Shown: positions 27,693-37,971, counted from the first letter of the stretch. The stretch: DNA of 64,000 nt from Coxiellaceae bacterium (GCA_947478905.1 CANJXG010000003.1:2337-66336); one strand, 5' to 3'. Notes: generated by a model not told the origin, from the letters alone. Numbers and translations: made by a program.

Positions 27693-30353
27693 ATGCCTGT
27701 AGTATCGCCGATATATAATGTGTTAAAAAAATTAGTGGCCAATAACTTTGCGATTTCAAATTATAAAATTAAAGACATACAACAAGACATTAGAAATTAT
27801 TTTTTAATAGAATTAGATTCCCCTTCGTTAGAATCCATTATTCAAGATTACCATTTAATAGATACCCATTTTTCAATTGATGAGTTATATAATCCAGGAT
27901 TATATAGTGGATATGGATATACGCCGATGCATTATACCGAAGTGTATTTTTCAGCAGAAGAAAAGAAATATATTGTGGTGCATGGGTATCTCAATGCTAA
28001 AGGAAAATATCAACATTCTCAAGTAAAAGAATTAAATGAATCTAAAGAATTTACTGGTACGTATATAACCCTTAGCGATGCACAAGAAAAGATTCTTGAG
28101 AAAAAAATTAAAGAATTAAAACCTGTCATTGATGTTGTTTTTAATGAGCACATAAAGTTAGAGAAAGGCACAAAACGAAAAGCGGATGATTTAGAAACAG
28201 ACCTCACAATATTAAGTCGAGATTTAAATCAATTAAGTGTTCGAGCTCAATATCTTGAGCTGGCACATTTATTTTCCCAAGCGGTTCAAGACTATAACCA
28301 ATATAGCTTGGTTAAAGATGTGAGAGATACAGTAGTCCTTAGTATGTTTAAAAATATGGAAATCATTCGTCGCTGCATTGAAAGTTCACAACAAGAACCC
28401 ATGCGATTAGCGGTTCCGGATCCAGAAGAAAAAGAAGTATCAGAAGCATCTTCTTATTTTCCACAAAATGCTTCATTAAGTGATTTGTATAAAATCACAA
28501 TGAAAAATATTAAAAATACAATGCAAAGTGTTAAGAAAATAAAATCTTATACAGTAGAAAATTTAATTTTAATGAATCAGTGTGCGGCGAAAATGCACAT
28601 GCAAACATTGGTTTTTTACTCTTTCCCAAGTGAGGCTTTAAAAAAAGAAGATTCTTTATATGTCCATGAAAACAACTCAAAATTAAATATATATTACAAT
28701 CCATATCTGGAATTATTTAAAAAGAGCGTTTCAGCAGGAGAGTTAAACACAGTTAAGCAAATCTTTCCTTTTTTAAAAAGTCAAATAACCGATGATTTTT
28801 ATTCGAACTTATTAGATTGGCTCGTGAATAATCCATGGAATGAGCTTATGGAAAAGGTTTTAACAGTTTTTTATTATTTAAATGAAGAAGATACTAATTA
28901 CAGAAATACCGTATTAAAAGCATCCCAAGAAAAGTATTACCCAGTACCTAAAGAAATACCGAAATCAGATTTTTTAGAGAAGCATTTAGAGAAAAATAAA
29001 GTTTCTCTTCTTTTTTGTCTTTACCTTGAAAATAAGCTCCCTGTTTTTGAAGCTTTACTTGATCATGGTGCATGCCCCAATACTTGGGGCGTTGCTTCAA
29101 ATGCATTATCTTCAAGTAATTTGTTTACTTGTATCAATTTGTTTGCTGAATCAGAAAAAAATTATTTAAAATATTTAGAAATATTGTTGTTCTATAAAAT
29201 TGATCCGAATAATAATACTACAAAAGCTATGTCTGCGGCTTTTATGCAATATAAATTAGAGCTCTCTAAAAAACAATTAAAATCCAAGAAAAAAGAAAAG
29301 TTTTCACAGAGTCTTTTTTCTGAAAAAAGCATTGAATTATTCAGTAATATTCAAAAGCTAATAGCTAGCAGAGGTTTTGAAGGGTTTAATCTTGTTTTGG
29401 ATGCTGCGTCGCCTGTAAATCTAGTGTGTTCTTTGATTTTTTTAAGTGAAAGTGAGTTATTGGGAAAAAGTCAAGAGCATGCCTTATTCGCTTATGGGAT
29501 ATATGGTGGTGACACATTCAACGAGGCTATTGAAAAGGCGCGTGAATTAGACTTAAAAAATGGCTCATTCCCATCTTATATATGTTTTCCTTTTTGGGGT
29601 AATTCTTTAGAAGATAGTATAATAGCGAAGGAATTGCTTGAAAAAATCTATCTTTTAGATAAAAAAATAACTGCTAAGGTGGCCACTTTAGGAGCAATGG
29701 AATTTCAAAAACAGTATGAGGAATTATTTAATCAGGGTCAAAAAGAAGGGCTTCAAAAAAAATGGAAAAATGCGTATTTTTCTTTTATTGGATGTGAGTT
29801 TTTACTAATGAAAAGAGCTTTTGGGGTTTACACTTCTCAAAAAGACATAAAATCGTTTATCAAAAGCTATAGTCGCTCCCTTTATGATCATATTATGAGA
29901 ACTATTCCAAGCGCTTTCTCTTTTGCATTGCAAGTAGACACAATGATAGCCTTCTACCGACAAAGTCAAGCTTATTTTCTTCAGTATTGCCCAGATAAAA
30001 GTCTAGAAATTAAAAATGAACAGCAAGAAATAATAAAAAAATTTATAGCGGTTGATGCTGCTCAACAAAAAATACTTCCATTTTGTGAAGCTGCCAGAGA
30101 CGGCAATTTAGAAGCACTGAACCAACTACTTTCATCTGAAAAATCTATATCATTAGATGCAACCGCTAAGGGATGGACGCCCTTACATTTTGCTTGCGCT
30201 AAAGGTAAATTTGAATGCGCAAAAATGCTTATTTTATCTGGTGCCAGAATTGATATTGACAATGATAAAGGCAAGAAAGCGTTGGAGTTAGTGAAAGACA
30301 ACACACAGGTAGAGGTTTTGAAACAAACTTATGCTCGTATCCATTCTAGTTAA
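27693..30353 (+). CDS. Large (886 aa) effector-like protein: conserved unknown N-terminal module, coiled coil, degenerate mid ANK-like region, C-terminal ankyrin repeats
   Basis: C-terminus AARDGNLEALNQLL...GWTPLHFACAKGKFECAKMLILSGARID is canonical ANK. Full-length paralogue of the next gene. Confidence 0.6.
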   Translation: MPVVSPIYNVLKKLVANNFAISNYKIKDIQQDIRNYFLIELDSPSLESIIQDYHLIDTHFSIDELYNPGLYSGYGYTPMHYTEVYFSAEEKKYIVVHGYLNAKGKYQHSQVKELNESKEFTGTYITLSDAQEKILEKKIKELKPVIDVVFNEHIKLEKGTKRKADDLETDLTILSRDLNQLSVRAQYLELAHLFSQAVQDYNQYSLVKDVRDTVVLSMFKNMEIIRRCIESSQQEPMRLAVPDPEEKEVSEASSYFPQNASLSDLYKITMKNIKNTMQSVKKIKSYTVENLILMNQCAAKMHMQTLVFYSFPSEALKKEDSLYVHENNSKLNIYYNPYLELFKKSVSAGELNTVKQIFPFLKSQITDDFYSNLLDWLVNNPWNELMEKVLTVFYYLNEEDTNYRNTVLKASQEKYYPVPKEIPKSDFLEKHLEKNKVSLLFCLYLENKLPVFEALLDHGACPNTWGVASNALSSSNLFTCINLFAESEKNYLKYLEILLFYKIDPNNNTTKAMSAAFMQYKLELSKKQLKSKKKEKFSQSLFSEKSIELFSNIQKLIASRGFEGFNLVLDAASPVNLVCSLIFLSESELLGKSQEHALFAYGIYGGDTFNEAIEKARELDLKNGSFPSYICFPFWGNSLEDSIIAKELLEKIYLLDKKITAKVATLGAMEFQKQYEELFNQGQKEGLQKKWKNAYFSFIGCEFLLMKRAFGVYTSQKDIKSFIKSYSRSLYDHIMRTIPSAFSFALQVDTMIAFYRQSQAYFLQYCPDKSLEIKNEQQEIIKKFIAVDAAQQKILPFCEAARDGNLEALNQLLSSEKSISLDATAKGWTPLHFACAKGKFECAKMLILSGARIDIDNDKGKKALELVKDNTQVEVLKQTYARIHSS

Positions 30354-30411
30354 TAGGTTTTTGATCAGCATCTCAGATAGCTTAACTACAGTAATTTAGT
30401 GAGAATATAAA

Positions 30412-33165
30412 ATGATATCTAAACTATATAATCTTCTAGAAGCATTAGAGAATGAACAGCATAGTATATTTCATGAATATACAATATACAAATTAAAAGC
30501 AGAAGAGCGGAATTATTTCTTGCTTCCTTTAGTGCATTTAACGACTAGAGTTATTATGGAAGATTATCTTCTAGAAGAGTCTCATTTTTCGATTGATCAG
30601 GTTTATTATTCGAATGCAGCTGAACATGGTCTCACGCCTATTCATTATACTGAAACGTACTTTTCAAACTCGAAAAAAAAACATATTGTTATTCATGGAT
30701 ATTTAGATGAAAAAAGTTGCTATATCTATTCTCAGGCGAAACAAGTGGATAAGCAAAATATTATGACGGATGTGATTTTTAAACTTGACGTGCATCAAGA
30801 AAATGTTTTCAAAAAAAACTTTCAGGAATCAAATTTAGTACTGAATGATTTATTAGTAATCAAAAACACAAGATGGCAACTTGCAAAAAAAGAAGCTGAC
30901 CAACTAGAGATGCAACTGACAGCTTTGAGTAGAGCATTCGATCCGAAAACAACAATGAGTTCATATATTACAAAAGCCTATGCTTTTGTTCAAGCTGTTC
31001 AAAAACTAAATCAATATAGTGAAGAGCAAGATGCTCGCGACAAGCTCATGTTAAACATGTTGCAAAATATTGAAAAAATCAGATCGTATGATCAGGCCCA
31101 TAGCGAAATTGCAATGCCATCCACTATTGTTCAAGGTTCTGAATGTAAAAATGAACTACTGAGTAATAGTAATCCCTCTACAGACTCACTTAAATCTTTA
31201 TATAAGAAAAACATGAAAGATTTTGAAAAGAGTATAAAAAAAGTTAAAACTCTCAATCTGTCTGATACTCTACAATTAAATAATACAGACATACTCGTTA
31301 CTCTAAATCAGTGGGTTGCCAAGCTCACAGAGCAAGCATTTTTACTGTATAGTTTTCCAAAAAAGTGCTTAATTAAAAAAGATGAAATGAAAATAAAAAA
31401 TGTTTTTTTAGAGATAGATAGGTATTATAAGCAGTATGGTATGGCTTTCAATCAAAAAGCTTTGGCGGGCGATTTGGATTCAGTAAAAGCATGGTTTCCT
31501 TTGTTGTCCGAAACCATCACGCCAATGTTCTACTCAAGCTTAATAGAGTCACTTGTATATAAAGAAAAAAATAAAATTCAAGATAAGATTCTAGATATTT
31601 GTTGCTACTTAAAAGAAAAAGACCCACAATACACCAGGTGCATTTCTGATATAGCACAAAAAGCGCGCTATTCTTTTTTAGAAAAAACAGAAAATATTTT
31701 AAATCAAGAGATACCGCAATCTTGTGAGGTGTCTCTTTTATTTAAATTGTACTCAGATAATAAATTATCCATTTTTAAAACTTTGATTCAGCATGGCATC
31801 TCTCCAAATACCTGGGGAGTAACAGGCAGCGGTGACAAGCAGAAATTTTTCTCTTTATTTTACTGTATTGCTGTGTATGGGGGTAAAACTAATTATTTAG
31901 AATATTTACAGATATTATTAGAGTATAAAACAAACCCTAATCTTATTTATACAACAGAAGAGATGACTGCGCTACGGAGTAAAAAATTACACAATACTAA
32001 GAAGATATTACAATGCAAAGCAAGATATCCCTCTTTTTTAGCAAATGCTAATACTTTTAATATGGAAGCACTTTCCTGGGAAAGTAGCCTACTGATAATC
32101 AGTAGGAGAGCTGGACTTGAAGGTGTTAATATTTTATTAAATAGCGCATCCCCACAAAATCTAGCTATTGCTATAGCTGTTTTGTCAGAAAATAACAAAG
32201 CCAGAAAAGTCTCTATGCTAGCATCAGATTATGATATCATAGATGCGAACAATCAAGAGCAGGCCTATCAGAAGATATCTCGCATATTAGAAAAAAAAGA
32301 AGAAAATTTAATAACTTATGTTCTCTACCCGAATCCTAGCAACACTCCAAAAGATAATATTTGTATTCTTGAGGTGTTCCAAAAAATACAATTGATGTTA
32401 GCTATGCTAAAAAAGAAAATATCGGAGATGAATAATGCTGAGTTTCATCAGCATTACGAAGCTTTATTTAGGATTGGAGAAGAAGAAGGGTATAGGGACA
32501 AAATAGAAGAGAGTTTCTATGCTTTTTTAGGGTGTGAATCATTACTAATGACAAGATGTTTTCATTCTGATTGTAATTTAAAAGAAAAACAATCTTTAAT
32601 TGAACAATATAGAGAAGTGCTATATAAGAACATTATATGCGGTCTAAATAATATTTTAGTTCCAGAGCAGGCAAAAAATAGAATTGCTTTGTATTGCAAG
32701 GTATTGAGTTTTGATTTTTACAAAAGTAGCGAAACTAAAACAACAGCATCAAGTGGCAATAGTTGTTATTATCAAGAGACAGTAGAAACAAACAAAATGG
32801 TAGAACAACAGACAACAGATGATGCGAATATCTCTGCGCTGTGCAGAGCTGCTCAAAGTGCTGATACACAAAAGTTGACTTCTTTACTTTTACATTTGTC
32901 GGATAAAGTCAATATGTCTGCGTCCAAGACGCAAGGGTGCACCGCATTGCATTATGCCTGCGCTAAAGCACAAGTTCCTTGTGCGCGAGTACTGATTATC
33001 TCAGGTGCTGATGTAACTATAAGAAATAAAAAAGGAAAAACACCTTTAGATTTAATGAAAAATCCTGCAGAAGCTAAAGCCCTTGAAGAAATGTATTTTA
33101 CGCTCACTGCAAGTAAAAATAAAACATCAAATGACAACCAGGTTGCTAGAATGCATCCGAGTTAA
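30412..33165 (+). CDS. Large (917 aa) paralogue of the preceding gene with C-terminal ankyrin repeats
   Basis: Collinear conserved blocks with the upstream protein (HFSID.(L/V)Y, TP(M/I)HYTE.YFS, IV(V/I)HGYL, PNTWGV, YL.YL.ILL.YK..PN, F(I/L)GCE.LLM.R.F). ANK: GCTALHYACAKAQVPCARVLIISGADV. Confidence 0.6.
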   Translation: MISKLYNLLEALENEQHSIFHEYTIYKLKAEERNYFLLPLVHLTTRVIMEDYLLEESHFSIDQVYYSNAAEHGLTPIHYTETYFSNSKKKHIVIHGYLDEKSCYIYSQAKQVDKQNIMTDVIFKLDVHQENVFKKNFQESNLVLNDLLVIKNTRWQLAKKEADQLEMQLTALSRAFDPKTTMSSYITKAYAFVQAVQKLNQYSEEQDARDKLMLNMLQNIEKIRSYDQAHSEIAMPSTIVQGSECKNELLSNSNPSTDSLKSLYKKNMKDFEKSIKKVKTLNLSDTLQLNNTDILVTLNQWVAKLTEQAFLLYSFPKKCLIKKDEMKIKNVFLEIDRYYKQYGMAFNQKALAGDLDSVKAWFPLLSETITPMFYSSLIESLVYKEKNKIQDKILDICCYLKEKDPQYTRCISDIAQKARYSFLEKTENILNQEIPQSCEVSLLFKLYSDNKLSIFKTLIQHGISPNTWGVTGSGDKQKFFSLFYCIAVYGGKTNYLEYLQILLEYKTNPNLIYTTEEMTALRSKKLHNTKKILQCKARYPSFLANANTFNMEALSWESSLLIISRRAGLEGVNILLNSASPQNLAIAIAVLSENNKARKVSMLASDYDIIDANNQEQAYQKISRILEKKEENLITYVLYPNPSNTPKDNICILEVFQKIQLMLAMLKKKISEMNNAEFHQHYEALFRIGEEEGYRDKIEESFYAFLGCESLLMTRCFHSDCNLKEKQSLIEQYREVLYKNIICGLNNILVPEQAKNRIALYCKVLSFDFYKSSETKTTASSGNSCYYQETVETNKMVEQQTTDDANISALCRAAQSADTQKLTSLLLHLSDKVNMSASKTQGCTALHYACAKAQVPCARVLIISGADVTIRNKKGKTPLDLMKNPAEAKALEEMYFTLTASKNKTSNDNQVARMHPS

Positions 33166-33598
33166 AGGTCTGGAGAAAATTTTGAATTCTTTTTTTATTG
33201 ACTCCAAAATCAGAGTATCCATATTGAGAACGGCTTAGCATCACAAAAGTAGAAGTGTGATCATCAATAGAATACACTTTAACATCGATCCAATCTGGAA
33301 AACGAATAAACTTTGTTCTTTGTATAAAAGTATATTCATAATTTTTATTATCTTCTTTTACGCTTTGTATGCGAGGCATATCTTTTAAGGTGTCTATTAG
33401 TTTTTCAGCTAATTCTTTTTGCGGTATTGGATACGTTTTTACTACAAAATGGCTAGGAGTAGGGAAGCCAGCATAAGCTGCTAATGCGTAATTAGGTGTG
33501 CTGGGGAGAACCAAATGATTAAAATGAATAGGGCGCATGGTTTTATGGCATCCTGTAAGTGCAATAGCAGATAATAGATAAATAAATAGTTTTTTCAT
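33146..33598 (-). CDS. DUF1499-family lipoprotein
   Basis: Lipobox LTGC. RFPDWIDV and SRSQYGYSDFGVNKKRI motifs typical of DUF1499. Confidence 0.6.
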   Translation of the reverse strand: MKKLFIYLLSAIALTGCHKTMRPIHFNHLVLPSTPNYALAAYAGFPTPSHFVVKTYPIPQKELAEKLIDTLKDMPRIQSVKEDNKNYEYTFIQRTKFIRFPDWIDVKVYSIDDHTSTFVMLSRSQYGYSDFGVNKKRIQNFLQTFNSDAF

Positions 33599-34827
33599 TA
33601 TGTTTGCTCATCAGATATTTCTTTATGTTTAGCAGATTGATGTCGTTCTCTTAGCTCAATATCGATATATTTATCGGTGGTTGCGCTTGAACTGTGGCCT
33701 GCATCATCTCTTACATGTTCACGGGGTCTGCGTTTTACATCATCGGAAATGCCTGTATGGCGTAACCAGTGAACCGTTGCCTCTAAGAGGGCTTCTGATT
33801 CTTCTTGATGCCCATCTGCTCTTAAAGATTCAACCGCGTTATCAAAAGCAGTTTGCACAATAGTGCGAATATAATTTATGCTTGAAATTGGGCCTTTTCC
33901 TTTTGTTTTGGGTAATAAGTTTGTATTATTTGCTAAAGTGGGAAGGGGAGATAGATTTAAATGCGTGCGCCATCGTTTAAGCGCTTCAAGCATTGCATTA
34001 CTTACCGCAATTTGGCGTTCTTTATTCCCTTTTCCCACGGTATTAAACCACCAGTTCCCATCACTATCTTTAAAAAAATGGTTCATCATGGGGATCCAGC
34101 GATCGCTTGCAGCTAATTCTGAGATTCGTAAATACATAGCATACAGTGCAGAGAGTATAAATAAAGTGCGTTCATGTACTTTTGGATTTACATCTGCCAT
34201 TTTTCTAGCCCTAATAATAACGGTATTCCATTGAAGTTCTGATAATCGTCTAATTTTAGGCGAGCCTTGTTGTGTACGAATAAATTTACTTTTTTGTCGA
34301 ACTAAGGCCACGGGGTTCATGTAAACATATTCTTCTTGTTGTAAGTAAGTATAAAAGCTACTCAAAATAGCAAATGTTTCTTTAATGGAACCTTGTGATA
34401 ATTCAAAATTTTTAGGATCGAGTTTATCGCCTTTTCGATGTGCTATTTTTGAGAGCGTTACAACAAAAGGCCGCCATTGAGGGTTTGGGCTTCTTAAACC
34501 TGATTCTTCAATAAAGCGTGGAACTTTGTTGGTTCCAATCCAGGATAAGGGTGGGTTTTTGCAAAAAGCAATAAATTCTTGTATATGTTCAGGTCTAATT
34601 GTTTCGAGTGTTTTATGAGCAACTACCCATATCCAGTGTAATAACTTTTCAATTTCTCGTCTATAGGAATTAAAAGTCCCTTGGCTGCCATTATAACTTT
34701 GTAAAAATTGTAGGGTGATTTTTAAATCATTGCGTTGTTCTGGGGGTAATCGCTCAGGCAAGCTTTGATGTTTAATATGCTCTAAGGTATCGATTAAGGG
34801 AAGAGGGGGGGGAATATCAGTGCTCAT
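33598..34827 (-). CDS. Tyrosine-type site-specific recombinase / integrase
   Basis: LRISEL (Arg I), HWLRHTGIS (H-x-x-R), GHSSSATTDKY (His/Tyr nucleophile region). N-terminal SAM-like core-binding region. Confidence 0.8.
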   Translation of the reverse strand: MSTDIPPPLPLIDTLEHIKHQSLPERLPPEQRNDLKITLQFLQSYNGSQGTFNSYRREIEKLLHWIWVVAHKTLETIRPEHIQEFIAFCKNPPLSWIGTNKVPRFIEESGLRSPNPQWRPFVVTLSKIAHRKGDKLDPKNFELSQGSIKETFAILSSFYTYLQQEEYVYMNPVALVRQKSKFIRTQQGSPKIRRLSELQWNTVIIRARKMADVNPKVHERTLFILSALYAMYLRISELAASDRWIPMMNHFFKDSDGNWWFNTVGKGNKERQIAVSNAMLEALKRWRTHLNLSPLPTLANNTNLLPKTKGKGPISSINYIRTIVQTAFDNAVESLRADGHQEESEALLEATVHWLRHTGISDDVKRRPREHVRDDAGHSSSATTDKYIDIELRERHQSAKHKEISDEQT

Positions 34828-35008
34828 ACTGAACTGTACAATACAGTGTAGCTTCTGTCAATTATGTAATGTGCATTATGTGTCATTTAAGTTTCTTAAT
34901 GCTTAAGAGTCGTTTTTTAAAAATAAATAAATAAAAGGGAACTTTATATAAAAAACTTTGCCTACCTAATATGAATTGTATAATTTTTTTAGATATTGGA
35001 GAAGTGGA

Positions 35009-35746
35009 ATGCCTAATAAGATAGAAACACTTAAACAGATAATAGAAAGACTTGAAAACGCAATACAACAAAAGACAAGTGAGCTGGACAAATCTCAACA
35101 ACACCTTACTAAACTGGTGTGGAGCTCTAAACAGCTGAAACAGAGGCAAACGTACGAGAAGAGCTATTTAGATCAGCTGCTTACAAAACCGATAGAAGAA
35201 TGCGAAAAACAAGAAGCTGTGGAGAGGTCTAAAACTAAGACAGATAGCATGCAAAAGAAATTAGATCAGCTTAGCAAAGAACAAGTCCAAGAAAAACAAA
35301 AAATAAATCAGATCGATCCCCAGATAAAACAGCTGGAACAGACATTAAAACCGCTTATAGAAACACAAAAGAAACTTGATCAAGCATTAGCATATGGATA
35401 TTTGGGTAGTATTAACACATTACAAGGGTATCAGGAGGCGCTTACAAAGCAGTCACCTAAAAAAGGAGGAATATTTCAAAGCAACCAAGTAGCAAAAGGT
35501 CAGATTGCTGAAGAGATAGTTATTAAAATGCAAGAAGCAGATCCTTCTAATTTGCAAGAAATGACAAAATTAAAAACACTTATTGAGAACAATATAAAAG
35601 TTAATAAGAAACAAACTGGATTCAGGTTGTGGAATAGGGGGGGAGATTTAAATAAACACCTTAATGCCACATTGAAGATGGTTGACACTACCATAGAAGT
35701 TTTAAACAAGCTTGGTGAGCCTAAAAAAACCGGACCAAAGACTTAA
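35009..35746 (+). CDS. Hypothetical coiled-coil protein (K/Q/E-rich)
   Basis: ATG at 35009 preceded by ggag. Heptad-rich sequence with no enzymatic motif. Confidence 0.45.
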   Translation: MPNKIETLKQIIERLENAIQQKTSELDKSQQHLTKLVWSSKQLKQRQTYEKSYLDQLLTKPIEECEKQEAVERSKTKTDSMQKKLDQLSKEQVQEKQKINQIDPQIKQLEQTLKPLIETQKKLDQALAYGYLGSINTLQGYQEALTKQSPKKGGIFQSNQVAKGQIAEEIVIKMQEADPSNLQEMTKLKTLIENNIKVNKKQTGFRLWNRGGDLNKHLNATLKMVDTTIEVLNKLGEPKKTGPKT

Positions 35747-37128
35747 TTAGTCTCGGTAGTTTTAAGTAACCATATTACACCAGCAATGCCAGAAAATAGT
35801 GAACCTAACAAAATACCCATTTTAGCTAAGTTCAGTTCTGCTAAATCATTAGGAAAAGCTAATTCAGCAATAAAAAGCGACATGGTAAATCCAACTCCTG
35901 CAATCAATGCTACACCCGCTAATTGTTTATACTTTGTTTTTTCAGGTAATTGAGCGAATCCTAATTTTATAGTAATCCAACACAATCCCATAATACCAGT
36001 CACTTTTCCAATTAATAATCCAAAAGCCACACCTAATGTAATAGGGTGTTTACAAAATTCTAATAATTCTTGAAGTGAGTGAAGCGGTAGTGTCACGCCT
36101 GCATTAAATAATGCAAACAAAGGAATAATAAATAAAGAAACAGGAAGGTGTAATTTGTGTTCTAATCTTTGCAATGGCGTTTGAACATACTTTGTATGAT
36201 GCTCAATTAATTGCACAATAGTTCGAAGCTCATCATTTTTAATAATACTTTTTTCTGATTCGTAGCTCAGCGAAAAATCATTAATGTGCTTGTTTAAAAA
36301 TTCACTATAATATATAGGGTTATATTTTGGATAAGCAGGAATAAAGGCTGCTGTGAATATGCCTGATAGTGTGGCATGAATACCAGATTGTAGCATGGCT
36401 CCCCATAATAGAATGCCGGTAATACAGTAGGGCAGGGATTTTTTGATCCCTAATAAATTTAATATTAGTAACCAAACTATAAATAATCCTGAAAATAATA
36501 ATGGCATTATTTGTAGCTTTTCTGTATAAAACAAAGCAATAACTAACACGGCTCCTAAATCATCAGCAATGGCTAAGGCTACTAGAAAAATGATTAATCC
36601 ATTTGGAATTCTTTTACCTAATAAAACTAATAACCCTACTGCAAAAGCAATATCCGTTGCCATTGGAATACCCCAGCCGCTCATGCCAGGCGTATTATAA
36701 TTAAATAATGTATATATTAAAGCAGGCATTAACATGCCGCCGAGTGCACCAATAAGAGGCAAAGCGGCAGCTCTGGGATCAGATAAATCTCCTACTAATA
36801 TTTCTCTTTTAAGCTCTAATCCTACTATTAGGAAGAAAAAGCTCATGAGTCCTTCATTGATCCAATGCTGTAGCGTTTTTTCTACATGCCAAGGACCTAA
36901 TTGAAAGCTTAAAGGCATGTGAATCCAATTATTATAGAAGCTAGAAAACTGCGAGTTAGCTAAAATAAGTGCAATTATAGTGCAAACCATTAAAATCAAT
37001 CCGGCAGTAGTTTGACGACGGATAAATTCTTCAAATGGAGTTAAAAATTTTTTAAAGGTTTTTTCCCAAGGGGCAATTTTTATATGTGACATGTCAATAT
37101 AATAACGTAAAGTCTCTTTTTTCACCAA
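35743..37128 (-). CDS. nhaA: Na+/H+ antiporter NhaA
   Basis: Length, about 12 TMs, and the conserved IADDLGA (AIADDLGAVLVIA) double-Asp motif. The ORF starts at the TTG at 37128; the ATG at 37092 is a plausible alternative. Confidence 0.85.
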   Translation of the reverse strand: MVKKETLRYYIDMSHIKIAPWEKTFKKFLTPFEEFIRRQTTAGLILMVCTIIALILANSQFSSFYNNWIHMPLSFQLGPWHVEKTLQHWINEGLMSFFFLIVGLELKREILVGDLSDPRAAALPLIGALGGMLMPALIYTLFNYNTPGMSGWGIPMATDIAFAVGLLVLLGKRIPNGLIIFLVALAIADDLGAVLVIALFYTEKLQIMPLLFSGLFIVWLLILNLLGIKKSLPYCITGILLWGAMLQSGIHATLSGIFTAAFIPAYPKYNPIYYSEFLNKHINDFSLSYESEKSIIKNDELRTIVQLIEHHTKYVQTPLQRLEHKLHLPVSLFIIPLFALFNAGVTLPLHSLQELLEFCKHPITLGVAFGLLIGKVTGIMGLCWITIKLGFAQLPEKTKYKQLAGVALIAGVGFTMSLFIAELAFPNDLAELNLAKMGILLGSLFSGIAGVIWLLKTTETN

Positions 37129-37136
37129 TACCCTGT

Positions 37137-37164
37137 AAGGGTGATTATCACAATAATCACCCTT
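37137..37164. promoter_or_regulatory. Perfect 12-bp inverted repeat aagggtgattat-caca-ataatcaccctt just upstream of nhaA
   Basis: Read directly. Lies in the nhaA leader/promoter region on the minus strand. Confidence 0.35.
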
Positions 37165-37353
37165 ATTATATTTTTCTAACTCTGCTTTCCAAGTTTAAAA
37201 TAAAATCGATAAAAATTAAGTCGTTTAACTTGTCAATTTGTCAACTTGTCGGGTTGAAATCCGAATCAAAAGAAGTTCGGTCTTGTCGGTCTTGTAAGTT
37301 TTAGTCTACGCTTACTATTAGTATATTTGTATATTTTTAAGAGGTAACACGTT

Positions 37354-37965
37354 ATGGACTTTATAAAATCTCAACATACAGTAGCACTATTAGTTTTATC
37401 CACCCTATTCTCTACTTGTGTTTTTGTAACCACAGGTGCATTTGCAACCACAATGACCATAACAGATACCGAAATTAATGGTCGTTTAAAACATACATTA
37501 TCTAAAGATGAAGTATTATCTAGTCTTAAGATTAATCCTATAGTCAACTTAGGAGTGGTCACTCTTAAAGGAAGGGTTAGTTCTGCAGATCAAGCAATGA
37601 GGCTGATAGAACTTACAGAGCAAATGCAAGGTGTAAAAGACGTTAATACTAAGCAACTTATTCTTAAAACAAATAATAGACCTATATCCGTAACAGATAA
37701 TATTTATATTATGGCTAAGTTAAAAGATTTATATGAAAAAAATAAAATTTTTGGTGATCATAATTTAAATAAATTAGGCGTATCTGTAGATGCCACCGAT
37801 GGTGTGGTTACCTTAAGTGGTGGCATTAAAGAACGCTTAGCTCATATTACGCCTGAACAATATAGAGAACAGGTTAAAACAGCAATTAAATTAGCGAAGC
37901 AAACAAAAGGGGTTAAATCTGTTAATCATGATGATTTAGTTTTTATTATTGAATACATTGAGTAA
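37354..37965 (+). CDS. Periplasmic BON-domain protein (OsmY-like, two BON domains)
   Basis: Signal peptide. Two copies of ...V....GVVTL.G.V.S..........A....GVK.V.N.L. Confidence 0.7.
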   Translation: MDFIKSQHTVALLVLSTLFSTCVFVTTGAFATTMTITDTEINGRLKHTLSKDEVLSSLKINPIVNLGVVTLKGRVSSADQAMRLIELTEQMQGVKDVNTKQLILKTNNRPISVTDNIYIMAKLKDLYEKNKIFGDHNLNKLGVSVDATDGVVTLSGGIKERLAHITPEQYREQVKTAIKLAKQTKGVKSVNHDDLVFIIEYIE

Positions 37966-37971
37966 TTGGCA

